Shown here: positions 40,318 through 52,723 of the stretch, piece by piece
Numbering within the stretch: position 1 is the first letter of the stretch
Layout of the letters: each line of letters begins with the position of its first letter
From: Candidatus Latescibacterota bacterium
GTDB lineage: Bacteria; Latescibacterota; UBA2968; UBA8231
Assembly: GCA_965206595.1 (NCBI GenBank)
Contig: OZ242214.1
Span: 4,032,001 to 4,096,000, forward strand
Direction of reading: 5' to 3'
Length of the DNA stretch: 64,000 bases
Notes under the pieces: model-generated
What the model was told of the DNA's origin: nothing
Database searches by the model: none
The model's input: the letters and a program-made list of their open reading frames with translations, nothing else
Program-made: the position numbers and the translations under genes

Positions 40318-42423
40318 ATGAAAGCTACCGAAGCCAAGTTCCTAGATTTCCTCGAGAACTCACCACAGTTCGTCATCCCGATCTATCAGCGCACGTACTC
40401 ATGGACCGAGCGTGAGTGCCGCCAGCTATGGGATGACATCGTGCGGACCGGAAGCAACGATGCCGTCTCGGCCCATTTTGTCGGTTCCATCGTCTACATC
40501 GAGAAGGGCTTGTACCAGGTATCCCGTAGGCCACCTCTCCTTGTGATAGATGGCCAGCAGAGACTGACCACGGTCACCTTGATTCTCGAAGCCTTAGCGC
40601 GCCAACTGGGGGATCGCGAGCCCGTTGACGGCTTCTCGGCCGAGAAATTGCGCAGTTACTACGTGCTGAATCCGTTGGAGAAGGGAGAGCGCGGATTCAA
40701 GCTGCTGCTCACACAGACCGACAAGGCGAGCCTGCTGGCCTTGGTTCAACAGAAGGCACAACCCACCGACCAATCCCTGCGCGTCACTGAGAATTTCGCC
40801 TTCTTCGAGGAGCAGGTGCAGAACCTTGGGGCCAACCTTCCCGCGCTTTGCCACGGCCTTGCGAAGCTGGTCGTGGTCGACATCGCGCTCAGTCGAGACC
40901 AGGACAATCCCCAGCTCATCTTTGAGAGTATGAACTCGACCGGACGCGAGCTGAGCCAGGCCGACCTGATCCGAAATTATATCCTGATGGGGCTAGAGCC
41001 CGCTCACCAGACTCGGCTATACGAGGATCACTGGCGCCCGATGGAAGTGGGTTTTGGGCAGGAGGGGTACGGCTCACATTTCGACAGCTTCATGCGGCAC
41101 TACTTGACGCTCAAGACGGGAGAGATACCGAACATTCGAGCGGTATACGAAGCGTTCAAGTCTCATGCGCGAACGCCGGATATAGACGCTGCGGGCGTGG
41201 ATGCGCTCGTCGCGGATATTCACGCCTTCGCGGGCTATTACTGCGCGATGGCACTGGGGAAAGAAGCCGATAAGAGGCTCGCTGAGGCATTTCGTGACCT
41301 GAGAGAGCTGAAGGTGGACGTCGCCTATCCGTTCTTGCTTGAGCTCTACGATGATTATGCCAACGGAAGACTCGAGAGCACTGACTTCGAGGCTGCCGTC
41401 CGGTTGGTCGAGGCGTACGTATTCCGCCGCTCGGTGTGTGCGATTCCTACAAACTCGCTGAATAAGACTTTCGGCACTTTCGGGCGAGCGCTGCAGAAAG
41501 ACCGGTACCTTGAGAGCGTCCAGGCTCACTTGCTGACGCTGCCTTCCTATCGCCGGTTCCCGGGCGACGAGGAGTTCAAGCGCGAGTTTGTCGTGCGTGA
41601 TCTCTACAACTTTCCTCGTCGAAGCTACTGGCTGCGCCGACTCGAAAACGATGGCCGCAAGGAGCGTGTTCCAGTCGACGAATACACCATCGAGCACATC
41701 CTTCCGCAAAACGAGAATCTGTCTGCGAAGTGGCGGGAGGAACTCGGACCCGAGTGGCAGCGCGTCCAGGAAACCTGGTTACACACGCTCGGAAATCTTA
41801 CGCTCACCGGCTACAACGTCGAATACAGCGACCGATCCTTTTCGGAAAAGCGTGAGATGAAAGGGGGATTCCGGGAGAGCCCACTAAAGCTCAACGAGGG
41901 CCTGAGAAGCCTCGACAAGTGGGATGAAGCGGCTATCAAGAACCGCGCTCAACGCCTTGCCGCTGTGGCCGCGGGTGTATGGGCGGTGCCTTCTTTGCGA
42001 GCCGAAGTACTCGAGTCGTACCGTCCGCGTGGCGAGCAAGCAGGGGGCTACACGATCGATGACCATCCGCAGCTCGCGATCGGTTCGCCCATGCGCGAGC
42101 TGTTCGAGATCTTTCGTAAGGACCTTCGGGCGCTCGACCCGTGCGTCTCGGAAGAGTTTCTGAAGCTCTATGTCGCCTACAAGGCCGAGACTAACTTCGT
42201 AGACATAATTCCCCAGAAAAGTCGCCTTCGCCTGTCGCTCAATATGCAGTTTCACGAATTACATGATCCGAGAGTTCTGGCCAAGGACGTCACCAATCTT
42301 GGTCGTTGGGGTAATGGTGATGTAGAGGTAGGCCTTAGCAAGCCGGAAGAGCTGCCCTACGTGATGGGCCTGGTCCGGCAGGCGTTCGAAAAGCAAATTG
42401 GATTCGTAGAGGCGGAAGCGTGA
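40318..42423 (+). CDS. GmrSD-type (DUF262 + DUF1524 HNH + DUF5655-like) modification-dependent restriction nuclease
   Basis: [35 protein letters not shown] and GNLTL motifs. Confidence 0.9.
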   Translation: MKATEAKFLDFLENSPQFVIPIYQRTYSWTERECRQLWDDIVRTGSNDAVSAHFVGSIVYIEKGLYQVSRRPPLLVIDGQQRLTTVTLILEALARQLGDREPVDGFSAEKLRSYYVLNPLEKGERGFKLLLTQTDKASLLALVQQKAQPTDQSLRVTENFAFFEEQVQNLGANLPALCHGLAKLVVVDIALSRDQDNPQLIFESMNSTGRELSQADLIRNYILMGLEPAHQTRLYEDHWRPMEVGFGQEGYGSHFDSFMRHYLTLKTGEIPNIRAVYEAFKSHARTPDIDAAGVDALVADIHAFAGYYCAMALGKEADKRLAEAFRDLRELKVDVAYPFLLELYDDYANGRLESTDFEAAVRLVEAYVFRRSVCAIPTNSLNKTFGTFGRALQKDRYLESVQAHLLTLPSYRRFPGDEEFKREFVVRDLYNFPRRSYWLRRLENDGRKERVPVDEYTIEHILPQNENLSAKWREELGPEWQRVQETWLHTLGNLTLTGYNVEYSDRSFSEKREMKGGFRESPLKLNEGLRSLDKWDEAAIKNRAQRLAAVAAGVWAVPSLRAEVLESYRPRGEQAGGYTIDDHPQLAIGSPMRELFEIFRKDLRALDPCVSEEFLKLYVAYKAETNFVDIIPQKSRLRLSLNMQFHELHDPRVLAKDVTNLGRWGNGDVEVGLSKPEELPYVMGLVRQAFEKQIGFVEAEA

Positions 42424-42437
42424 GAGAGGGGCGGACG

Positions 42438-43475
<1,038 letters not shown>

Positions 43476-43519
43476 GTTCTCGACGCCGACATGGACCGGG
43501 CCACAGGCGCGATTCGGCC

Positions 43520-43693
43520 CCGGGCAACCGTGCCACCATCCTCAATCCGGCGCCGGCCCAGGACCTGTCGGCCCACGATCTGTCGAGCGTGTCGGTGATC
43601 ACCCCGAACGAGACCGAGGCGCGCGCATGCCTGGGCCTGGGCGCGGGCGAGCGCGCCGACGAGGAAGCGCCGGGCGGCCGCCTGCTGGAACGC
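43520..43693 (+). pseudogene. Internal ribokinase (PfkB family) fragment
   Basis: ILNPAPA...VITPNETEA motif. Confidence 0.7.
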
Positions 43694-44468
43694 GGCTTCT
43701 CCCTGCATGCAACGCGGATCGCAGGCCCTGACCGGCGGGGGCTCGAACGCTTGGGCCGCTACGTGGCCCGGCCGGCCCTGGCGGGAGGGCGTCTGCGCCT
43801 CGTCGATGCCGACCCTCTTTCCTTCGCGCTCAAAACGCCGTGGTCGGATGGGACCCGCCCTCTCCTGCTGTCTCCGATGGAACTGCTGGAGAAGCTGGCG
43901 GCTCTGGTTCCCCCGCCCCGGTTTCATCTCCTGCGCTACCACGGGGTCCTGGCGCCCCGGGCCCGGGCCCGCGACCGCATCGTGCCGGCCCAGCCGGTTG
44001 CCGAGCCGTCGGCGGCGGACGCCTCGACGAGCGCTGCGGCCTGCGGCCATCGACTGCGCTGGGCGACCCTGCTGGCGCGGGTGTTTTCCTCCGACCTCAG
44101 CGAATGCGCGGCCTGTGGCGGGCGCCTGCGGATCGTCGCCGCCCTGACCGATCCGACCTCGATCCGGACCTATCTGGAGAGGTAGGACTGCCGGCGATGC
44201 CCCCGCCGAGGGCCCAGCCTGAGCCGCAGTTCGAGTTGGCCGCCTGACCTGCCTTCTCGACCCGATGCCGTCGCCGGGCGTACGGCGGGGTGTGCCCTCA
44301 AAGGCCCCTCAGACCCGTATTGATCCGGATACGGGCGGACAGGCAACCCAAACTGTACTGCGAGCTCGGTCGAAGGATTGGAAAAACGATCCTCAGGGGA
44401 GTTGCCAGACCCTTGCGGTGCGCTTAGCGCCTTGACCGAGAGTCCAAAAAGGCGCCTCATTTTTCCTC
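43694..44468 (+). mobile_element. Longest ISCR/IS91-like transposase C-terminal remnant plus tail
   Basis: GFSLHA...LERLGRYVARP...LKTPWSDGT...LEKLAALVPPPRFHLLRYHGVLAP...CAACGG, typical of ISCR (Orf513-like) transposases. Confidence 0.85.
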
Positions 44469-44552
44469 GCTACGGAATCATGAGCCCGCAACCCCTCAAG
44501 CTGATGCCTTCTCCTTGAGGGCCACCGTTCAGTGTGGGATCACTACCCAAGG

Positions 44553-45737
44553 TCAACCGCCTGTAAGGCGCTGTACTCTGCCTGTATCGGAGGCGCGATA
44601 CAGGGCGTGTTGAATTTCCAGGAAGCGCAGACCGTCCTCGTTGGAGTTGGGCGGATCACACTCTCCACGGATGGCATCGAGGAAGGCTTGAAAGAAAGGG
44701 TCCTCACCTTCGGGTTCCACTACGTGGCTGAGATTGGTCTCCCAGCGTTTTATGATGTGCTGGTCCGAGGGTTCGCCCAAATGCCCGGTACCACCCTTGA
44801 GGTCGGCTTGAAGGTCGAGTGTGAAGTGCCCGCTGTCAGAATTTGCGGAAATGCAGCCCTTTTCACCCCACAACCTGAAGCCACGTGACTGCGCGGAGCT
44901 CGGGTCTTTGGGCAAGAGTGCCGGCTTGACCGAGTCGCTCAGAATCAGAGTACCTGTGGGGCTGATGGACAGGACCTCCGTTTCTACAGGCTGGTAAGGA
45001 GTCGGCCCCCAGTAGCCGCTATGTAGAACACCCACAGCGCCACCAGCAAAACGGACGCACAACACTATGGTGTCCTCCACCTCCAGTGGCTCCCCGCACA
45101 CGACATCTGCAAAGCCCGTCACTTCCACGAGCTCCTCCCCGAGTATGCGGCGCATGGAATGAAGGTAATGGCATGCAAGATGGCCCAGGATTCCTCCACC
45201 TGCCTGCGCCTTGGAAAACACCCAACCTAAATCATGGCGTCGTCGCCACCTCTGGTGGTCCATGCTCAGATAGTTTATGCCGTAGATGCGGCCCAGTGTG
45301 CCTTCTGACACAATCCTGGCCGCCTCACGTACCACGGGGGAGTCAGCAATAAGCGCCATGGTGAGGAGTAGCCCTCGAGCGTTCGCCAATTCTACTAGGG
45401 GTGCATAGGCGTCCGGGCAGGTGGCGCCGGGTTTCTCCACAAGTACATGGGCGCCAGCCTCCAGGGCTGCCCGAACGGCGTCCGGCATCCTGGAAGGAGC
45501 CATGGTCACCACGGCCATCTGGATTTTGTGCTCCTCGAGGAGTTCTGCCGGAGAGGAGTAGACACCGCCCAGTTTGTCTCCGACTGCCTGACTCACCAAG
45601 TCTGCATTCTTCCCCGATGGATCAGAGAGAAAGACCTTCTCGACACTGTCGCTGTGGCCGAGTCTGATCGCCCAGCCCGTGCGGTGCCACCCCAGCTCCT
45701 CCGTAAGAATTGCTGCGTGCATGCCTTTATTCCTCAT
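44553..45737 (-). CDS. Gfo/Idh/MocA family oxidoreductase
   Basis: AGAHVLVEKP and AGGGILGHLACH motifs. Confidence 0.85.
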   Translation of the reverse strand: MRNKGMHAAILTEELGWHRTGWAIRLGHSDSVEKVFLSDPSGKNADLVSQAVGDKLGGVYSSPAELLEEHKIQMAVVTMAPSRMPDAVRAALEAGAHVLVEKPGATCPDAYAPLVELANARGLLLTMALIADSPVVREAARIVSEGTLGRIYGINYLSMDHQRWRRRHDLGWVFSKAQAGGGILGHLACHYLHSMRRILGEELVEVTGFADVVCGEPLEVEDTIVLCVRFAGGAVGVLHSGYWGPTPYQPVETEVLSISPTGTLILSDSVKPALLPKDPSSAQSRGFRLWGEKGCISANSDSGHFTLDLQADLKGGTGHLGEPSDQHIIKRWETNLSHVVEPEGEDPFFQAFLDAIRGECDPPNSNEDGLRFLEIQHALYRASDTGRVQRLTGG

Positions 45738-45752
45738 CGCTCATATGGCTCG

Positions 45753-47030
45753 TCATCCGCCTCGCTGAACACCATGAGTCAGACGTCCCTTCCTGCTGTA
45801 GAAGGGATCGTCCTTGTCCAACGGAAGTGTGACCGGCCGGCGCTCCTCGGCCGACTTGTAGATGGCCCGCACCAGTTCCACGTGATGACGTGGTACCTCG
45901 ATGGGCACACGGGGTTCCGTATTGTCAATGATGCTTTCCAGGAACAGCCGGGTCTGGTATTCCTGAGTTATTTGCTCAGGGATGTGTCCTACATCCGCCC
46001 TCAGCGTCTCCAAGGCCTCCAAGGCAGCGGGATTATCTACCGAGGCGAAGGATGTATTGGCCTGGGTAAGATCGGGAGGAGCGTTCTCTTCTGGTAATAT
46101 CAAGAGGGAAGCGTCCTGACCTGATATCTCGATGCGGCTTCGATGGCCGCGGGGTTGGCGGTGGGTAATCAGAGAGGCGTGTATGCTGCCTGTAGCACCA
46201 TTGGCAAAGCGGACCACTGCGTGGCTGAGGCTATCGTGTTCAACTCGGCGCAACACAGGTCCGGAGTAGGCAAAGACCTCCACAACCCGGGACCCCACCA
46301 CCCACAAAAACGGGTCTATGATGTACCTGCCCTGATGGAACACGGCACCCCCTCCTTCACCTTCCCAACTGCCTTGCCAGTGACCGGAAGGAGAGTCCGG
46401 GTCGAAATAGCTCTGCGGGCGATAGTTGTTCATCTCAACTCTGGCGCTGCCCATCTCACCCAGTTTGCCGCTCTCCACCGCACTCCGTGCCAGGGCCATC
46501 GCCCGGGTGTAGCGGGGGAAGCACTGCGAAAGGTACTTGACCCCTGCCTTGCTTACCGCGCCAACTATGGCATCTGCCTCCTCGACGCTGGGGGCCATGG
46601 GCCCTTCGCTGAAGACATGCCGGCCTGATTCCGCGGCTGCCACCACGGGCTCCGCCCTGACAGGAGGCGGCGTCTGAACAACCGCCACCTGCACCTCGTC
46701 GTCGTTCAACAGCTCCTCATGGGTGCGGTATTTTCTTATCAACACATTGGAAGCGGTCTCGGCGGCCTCCGCTTTCCTCAGGTGAGTCTCACGGTTGGCC
46801 TTGCGTTCCTGTGGACTCCAGCCCTTGTCAGCCAGGACCCGTTCGCGGGAGGCTTCCTCCAAATAGGCATTGGTCAACATTCGGCGCCGCTCCTCGGCCA
46901 GCTCACCCACCGGGTCCGCCACCGCCACCACTTGAGCGATATCTGCCAGGCCTGCATACATCTGCACGTAGAGTTCCCGTGAGATACCGCCACAGCCTAT
47001 GAATCCGACTTTCAGTGGCGTATCAACCAC
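45753..47030 (-). CDS. Gfo/Idh/MocA family oxidoreductase
   Basis: LKVGFIGCGGI, GRHVFSEGP and EGGGAV motifs. Confidence 0.88.
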   Translation of the reverse strand: MVDTPLKVGFIGCGGISRELYVQMYAGLADIAQVVAVADPVGELAEERRRMLTNAYLEEASRERVLADKGWSPQERKANRETHLRKAEAAETASNVLIRKYRTHEELLNDDEVQVAVVQTPPPVRAEPVVAAAESGRHVFSEGPMAPSVEEADAIVGAVSKAGVKYLSQCFPRYTRAMALARSAVESGKLGEMGSARVEMNNYRPQSYFDPDSPSGHWQGSWEGEGGGAVFHQGRYIIDPFLWVVGSRVVEVFAYSGPVLRRVEHDSLSHAVVRFANGATGSIHASLITHRQPRGHRSRIEISGQDASLLILPEENAPPDLTQANTSFASVDNPAALEALETLRADVGHIPEQITQEYQTRLFLESIIDNTEPRVPIEVPRHHVELVRAIYKSAEERRPVTLPLDKDDPFYSRKGRLTHGVQRGG

Positions 47031-47269
47031 GATTCACCTCTCTTTCATCTTGGCGGGGATTCTCCCGTTCAGCCACCAGTCACAGGAAACGCTCAGGACC
47101 GATAAGCGGCCTGAAGAGATCGTTAGTCTATGGGGCGTGGAGGGGTGGTGTCGAGAGGGGCGAGCAGCGGGATGGGGTGCTCGGATCAATGCACCGTCGG
47201 AGAATGATCTCGCCGCTTTTCATCGGGACGGATACGTGGCCTTCCCCGCGGTATTCAGCGATGACGGCC

Positions 47270-49273
47270 TTAGTACGCCAGGGACACGAGCCGCTCGACG
47301 CTGAATTCGCCGTCATCGGTGTCGACCTGAAGACGGAGGATATAGATGCCGGGCGGCAGGAGGTCCCCGCGGCCGTCGCGGCCGTCCCACTCCGCCCGGT
47401 GGGGACCGCTGGCGAGGGGCTCGAGCCGCAGTTCGGCCACGGACGTTCCTGTCAGATCGTGGATCAGGATGCTTGCGGGAACCGCGGCGGAAAGGTTGAC
47501 GAGATCGAATTCCAGCCCCAGGAGATCGTTGATTCCGTCGGCGTTGGGAGTGAACACCGGGGAGGAGAGGTGAAGATCCTCGAGGGTTTTTGCGGCGACG
47601 TCGGAGAGCTCGACGCTGAGCGAGTTGTTGTCGATGCGGAAGTCTGCGTCTCCGGGGGCGAGCAGCTGGGGCACCTCCCAGGGTTTCTCGCTGTCGAAGA
47701 CGCGCCCGCGGAACTCGGTCCCGAAGCTGTAGATCCTGGCGTCGAAGAGGATCTCGACGAGGTCTTCGGTATTGCGGTCGTCCATGCGCGGAATCCGCAC
47801 CGTGAAGTCGTTGGCCCCGATCTCCTGCTCCCATTCCGTTGCCTTGAGCTGCCGGCCTTCGACCGCCACCGAAACGACGCTGTCGACCAGGGCCTGGGTT
47901 TCGATGCGGATGCTGTCGAATCCCAGGTCTCCCACCGAGACCTCCGTGGAGAACACAAAGGTGAAACGGGACGTTTCCCGGGCAGGCACGACTCCGGGGC
48001 CGATTTCGGCGACGCCACCGGAAACTATGGGGGGTTGAGACACCGAGAACTCGAAGAAGTCGAGGCGGCCCCCAGACAGGAAATCGGCGATGAGCTGGGC
48101 ATAACGGCGAGGCCGCCACTGGGGAAGAATCTCCTCCCCGTTGGCGAACTCGAGGGCCGGGCTCCAGTGGGACCAGTTGTCGAGGTCGGGGGCGATTCCC
48201 GCCTGTTCCCCGGACTCCAGGGCGAAATACTCGGAGCGGCCAAGGGGCAGTCCCTCCGCGTTCAGCCGGCTACGCTCCCGGCCCCGGAAGGTGTTGCGGA
48301 AATAGAGGTTGGGATCCGTGGTGTCGCCGGCGCGCACCCTGATATCCACCGTCGCACCGGGGTGAAGCACCCCGGACCAGGTCACCGGACCGAGGGTTCC
48401 CGGCTCGCCGAAGTCTATGAGGTTGGTGGTGTAGTTGGCGGCGTTGGCGAAACCCTCGAAGAGCAGCTCGAACTCGGCGATCTCCCAGTTTCCTATCGGG
48501 GCGATGAATACGACCTCCTTCACCGGTTCGTCGTCGAAATCGAACTCGAGCAGGGGTTCGTTGTTCTCCGCCACCTCGGACACCAGGTCGAAAGAACCCA
48601 CTATGGAAACCCCGGAATAGGATAAGGCCTCGGCGCGATTGCCAAAGGTCCGGTCCTGCTTGCCGAACTTGAGCGGGTCGCCGTCGCTGATTCCGAGAGT
48701 GTAGGTGGGTATGAAACGGTTTTCCTCGTTTCCGGGAATCGGGTAAATCCGGATCCGCTGCAGCGGGTAGGCACCGGGAAGAACCACGTGGATGTATTTG
48801 CAGTAGTTGGGCCGCTTGACGCAGAAGGGGGAGCCGGCCGCCTTGAGGCTGACCTCCGCTTCCCACGGCGGAACCCCGCCGTTGTAGGCCGTCTCGGGAT
48901 CCCCGTCGAGCAGCTTGATCAAAGCGTCGTCGGTTCCCCATCCTTCCCGGCCGGGGCGCCGGACCTGGATGAGGCCGCCCCGGCCGACTATCTCCGGGGT
49001 GAGGTTGGCGAGCGTCACCTGATCCGCGCGAACGGAGTCGGGGTGGATAATTACGAGATGGGCGCTGCCGAAGGGGGCGTCGTGAGTTTCGCTCCAGGGC
49101 AGCTGCACGAACCGGATCGACCCGGGCGGGGCGCCGAGACTGTCCGCATCGGGGGGCGGCAGGCTCTCCCCGCCGAGGCGGTAGATCGTCAGTCCCGCGA
49201 TCGGGACCGGGACGCCAATGCCGGCCACCAACGCGCAGGCGAGGAAGCAAAGTCGCGGGAATCGGTTGCTCAC
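47270..49273 (-). CDS. Secreted protein with C-terminal FlgD-like/CHU_C-type Ig domain
   Basis: Signal peptide-like N-terminus; C-terminal VFTPNADGIND...WDGRDGRG..LPPGIY. Confidence 0.75.
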   Translation of the reverse strand: MSNRFPRLCFLACALVAGIGVPVPIAGLTIYRLGGESLPPPDADSLGAPPGSIRFVQLPWSETHDAPFGSAHLVIIHPDSVRADQVTLANLTPEIVGRGGLIQVRRPGREGWGTDDALIKLLDGDPETAYNGGVPPWEAEVSLKAAGSPFCVKRPNYCKYIHVVLPGAYPLQRIRIYPIPGNEENRFIPTYTLGISDGDPLKFGKQDRTFGNRAEALSYSGVSIVGSFDLVSEVAENNEPLLEFDFDDEPVKEVVFIAPIGNWEIAEFELLFEGFANAANYTTNLIDFGEPGTLGPVTWSGVLHPGATVDIRVRAGDTTDPNLYFRNTFRGRERSRLNAEGLPLGRSEYFALESGEQAGIAPDLDNWSHWSPALEFANGEEILPQWRPRRYAQLIADFLSGGRLDFFEFSVSQPPIVSGGVAEIGPGVVPARETSRFTFVFSTEVSVGDLGFDSIRIETQALVDSVVSVAVEGRQLKATEWEQEIGANDFTVRIPRMDDRNTEDLVEILFDARIYSFGTEFRGRVFDSEKPWEVPQLLAPGDADFRIDNNSLSVELSDVAAKTLEDLHLSSPVFTPNADGINDLLGLEFDLVNLSAAVPASILIHDLTGTSVAELRLEPLASGPHRAEWDGRDGRGDLLPPGIYILRLQVDTDDGEFSVERLVSLAY

Positions 49274-49619
49274 GGGAAAACCCTCCTAACCGCCGCCTGC
49301 AAACAAAGCGCCGCCAGGAATGTCCGAGGATGCACCGGCAGTAACCTGCAGGTTTTGACGGAGCGCAGCTTCCGGCGCGCGCCTTGTTTCGGCCCTCTCA
49401 TGCGGGGGACTCGCGGTTTGCCGGGGAAAGGGCCATGGTCGATTGCTGCCGATGGTTGATCGCGGCCGGGGAGTCACGGGATCCTTCAGCCTTCGTCCAA
49501 AGCTGATCTCGCCCTTGGTGGCGTTGCGGAAGTACTTCTCTCTCCGGAGGAGGGCGATTCGAGCGCTGCGCCCTGCTCCCACCGGCTGCGGTAGGCGACC
49601 CTGCTGGGCCAAAGCTAGC

Positions 49620-49814
49620 GCCGGTTGTCTCCTGATGAGGTAGATGCAGGTGTCGGTGTCGAGCAGAAAATCGATCACAGAGCCGCTCTCTGCTGCTGAT
49701 CGGGCTGATTTCTCTCGTCCGTGAAATCACTGGAAAAGCGGTCCAGACTGTCGACGAGCGAGGTCCAGGGGGATTCCTTGGGCAAGAGCATGACGATGCC
49801 CTGGTATTTCTTGA
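49620..49814 (-). pseudogene. vapBC remnant (VapB C-terminus and VapC N-terminus)
   Basis: ...LLPKESPWTSLVDSLDRFSSDF..ERNQPDQQQRE followed by FLLDTDTCIYLI; cut by IS701. Confidence 0.65.
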
Positions 49815-51210
49815 CTGGACTTTTGCAAACTCTGCTTTTTTACACAAGTTTCAGGTGTGCGACGATTCTCTCCTGCGTCCACCCTACTGTTATGGCCTGT
49901 TCGACCGCCCAGGTGATGGTTTTACTGAGCGTTTCTCGCGACACGGCTCGACAGGCTTCGCCAATGGTCGTCAGCACGGTGTGAGCCCAGTCACGCGCAC
50001 GGCCCTGCCGCATCCGTGCCATGAGCAGACTGTGCGTCAGCATCACGAGGTACCTATGCCGGGTCTGGCCCTCGCCGCTTTTGTAACTGACCGTCTCCCA
50101 TGCCCAGATGGTGCTTGCCGTCCCGATGAAAAGTCTCGGTGCCCGTCCAGCGTTTGCGATAAACATTCAGAATACGACTGATCTCCCAGTGCACGCGATG
50201 GGTCAGTAGAAACTTGACCGCTTCCCTGCCGTTCTTGCGATCCCACAGGATCACCAGGCGAACCCGGTGCTCGAGCTTGGGCAGACTCAGGGTTTTGGTG
50301 AAATACCTTGGTGAAATACCATTGTTTGCGCTTGCCGATGCTGACCTGTTTGCGATCCTCGGGTGGGATATTCGCAGCCACTTCCGTGGCCTTCATCAGG
50401 CCGCCCTTGAACTCGACCTTGCGGTTGCTCTTCAGGGCCCCTACGTAGCCGCGCTCATGACTATGGATGTGATCGAGACACTCGACACTGCTGAAGTAGC
50501 AGTCGAAGGCGAAATCGCCCGGGATCTGGCGGAAAACGACCCCGTCCACCAGCTCTTTGAACAGCTCGGTATGGCTCTTGAAGGAGGTGTCCGTCTCCCC
50601 TTCCTGGCGCTTGCGAAAGCGACGGAATTCCAACGGATAGTATTTCCCCGAGGTGCACACGTAATTGGCGATGACGTAGTCGTGGGCAATCCTATAGCGC
50701 TGGTCGGAGTGATCCCAAAACCAACCCACGTCCTCGATCTTGTCTCCGCTGTGGCCGACCAAGGTGTTGTCGATGGCGATCACCCCGCGCCCCGAATAGC
50801 GCGTCGAGGGGTGCTCCTGCAACCATTCCAGGCGGTGTTCGTTGAGCCATTTCCCGTCCCATCGCACCTGCGTAATCCAGCGGTTCAGGCAGGACTGATC
50901 GGTGGTCTCGACGAACTCGGCGTTGATCGCCGATACATGTTTGCGTTCGGCCACCATCAACCCGGTCAGATACTCCGCAAAGTGACGGCGCTCCGGGGCG
51001 TTGGCGAAGAGGCCGCCGAACTCTGCCACCGCGTCTTCAACCACCGTGGGAAAATCAACAATACCTGGCATGAACAACCTCTCACATGGCCAGGGGAAAC
51101 GAAGGCGGGGGATGCCTTCGTTCTACCAAACATACCAAGTTCCATCGAGTTCGCGCTACCCTCTATCCTTGACCGATTATCCAGGAATTCGGCCTTTTGC
51201 AAAAGTCCAG
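49815..51210 (-). mobile_element. IS701-family element with frameshifted transposase
   Basis: Perfect 15-bp IR CTGGACTTTTGCAAA. IAIDNT...G..IE.VG, FAFDCYF, LKSNR, RW..ETFHRD.KHHLG. A 13-bp tandem duplication at 50295-50320 shifts the frame. Confidence 0.85.
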
Positions 51211-51855
51211 ATGCCCCTTACGATACTGGATTTCATCCACGCCGAGGGCCGTGACCTGGTCGAGGCGGCGATGAGCGAGCCCATAGTCCACGACATACTG
51301 GACGGAGTGGTAGACCTTGTCCCAACGGGTCCGGAAGGAGCGCGCCACCTCGATCCACGACAGCTTTTTGGCCCACTGTGCCAGGAAGCAGCGGTAGAGG
51401 TCGGTCAGGTGGTGCTTGCCCGTGCTCCAGGGGACCTTCTCGACGACCACCCGGCCGCAGGCTTTGCAGGCAACCCGGCGCATGCGATACACCAGAAAGA
51501 CCGGAAACCCCCAGAGGGGAACAAACTCGAACAGCCGGGCCTCGGTGGCCGTGTCATAGGTGGGGGCCAAGTGACCGCAGCCGCTGCACGCGCCCCGGGA
51601 GTTTTTCCGTGGCCTGATCCGCACCATCACCCTTCCGTGCCGGTCAAAATGACTGCCCTCAAACACAAACCGCTTGAACGTCGTGCACCGGTTTAGTACC
51701 GTGATCAGGCGCATCATTCCCTCCACAGGAAGTTGGGATCGGTCTTGGTGGGCTGTCCCAACATACCCGGGGATGATGCGCCTGTGCTACCTTGCCCTCC
51801 TCTATGCCCATCGCCGCAGCGCCCCCTCCTCACCCACAGATTCTCCAGAGGAGCC
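51211..51855 (-). mobile_element. 5' part of an ISL3-family element truncated by IS701
   Basis: End GGCTCCTCTGGAG at 51855; transposase with CSGC/CKAC Zn finger, EKVPW and LGVDEIQYRKGH, then the IS701 IR. Confidence 0.82.
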
Positions 51856-52003
51856 ATATTTTGGAGAGCAAGAGGTTTTAATGCGCAGCCCCGGGTGCTT
51901 CACTCCAGGAACCCTCCTGGTCTCCGCGAAAATGGACATATGAGCCGGTTTTTCCGGAACATGAGAGGAACCGAAGCTCTTCGGGATAAAGCCGCTGGTT
52001 TTT

Positions 52004-52652
52004 CGTGGTCGGATGGCACCCGTCATCTCCTGCTCTCTCCGATGGACCTGCTGGAGAAGCTGGCGGCTCTGGTCCCCCCGCCCCGGTTCCATCTGCTGCG
52101 CTACCACGGGGTCCTGGCCTCCCAGGCCCGGGACCGCGGCCGCATCGTGCCGGCCAAACCGGTTGAGGCATCTGCGGCGGCGACGCGCGAGTCGAGCGCT
52201 CCGTCCTGCGCCCATCGCCTGGGCTGGGCGGCCCTGCTGGCCCGCGTGTTTCTGCCGACCTCAGCGAATGCGCAGCCTGTGGCGGGCGCCTGAAAATCAT
52301 CGCCGCTTTGACCGATCCCGCCCTCGATCCGGACCTATCTGCAGGGAGTAGGGCTGCCGGCGTGGGTCCCGCCGAGAGCCCCGCCTCAGCCGCTGTTGGA
52401 TTTCGCCGCCTGACCTCCTTCGCGATGGGCTCCCGGCACCGGTGAGCCCATCGCGAAGGAGTGCGCCCTCAAGTACCAGATCGACAAGTACCGATCGACC
52501 CCTGAAACGGGCCGAAATCAAATTTACAACGGTACTCTGAGCCTTCTCAAACGATTCTGGACGACGACAAGCGATTCATCAGGGCCCCTGATGGACGCTT
52601 GCGCACGTTCTCAGCCGGCATAGTATCGATAGGTGCCTGATTTTTCCTATAC
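52004..52652 (+). mobile_element. ISCR/IS91-like 3'-end remnant with oriIS-like terminus
   Basis: WSDGT...LEKLAALVPPPRFHLLRYHGVL; tail nearly identical to 39.1-39.4 kb and ending TTTTTCCTATAC. Confidence 0.82.
52415..52461. repeat. Perfect 18-bp inverted repeat (hairpin) after the transposase-remnant stop
   Basis: ctccttcgcgatgggctc-N11-gagcccatcgcgaaggag. Confidence 0.85.
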
Positions 52653-52723
52653 TCTTGATGTATTTTTTTCTGACGCAGTAGTCCCTATTTTTTCGACCGC
52701 AGGCTCAAGTGGAGGAGCGCCTT

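Noticed and set aside
47190-47268. PhyH-like N-terminal text (LAAFHRDGYVAFPAVFSDDG)
   Set aside because: Too short (about 25 codons) to call as a gene; probably debris.
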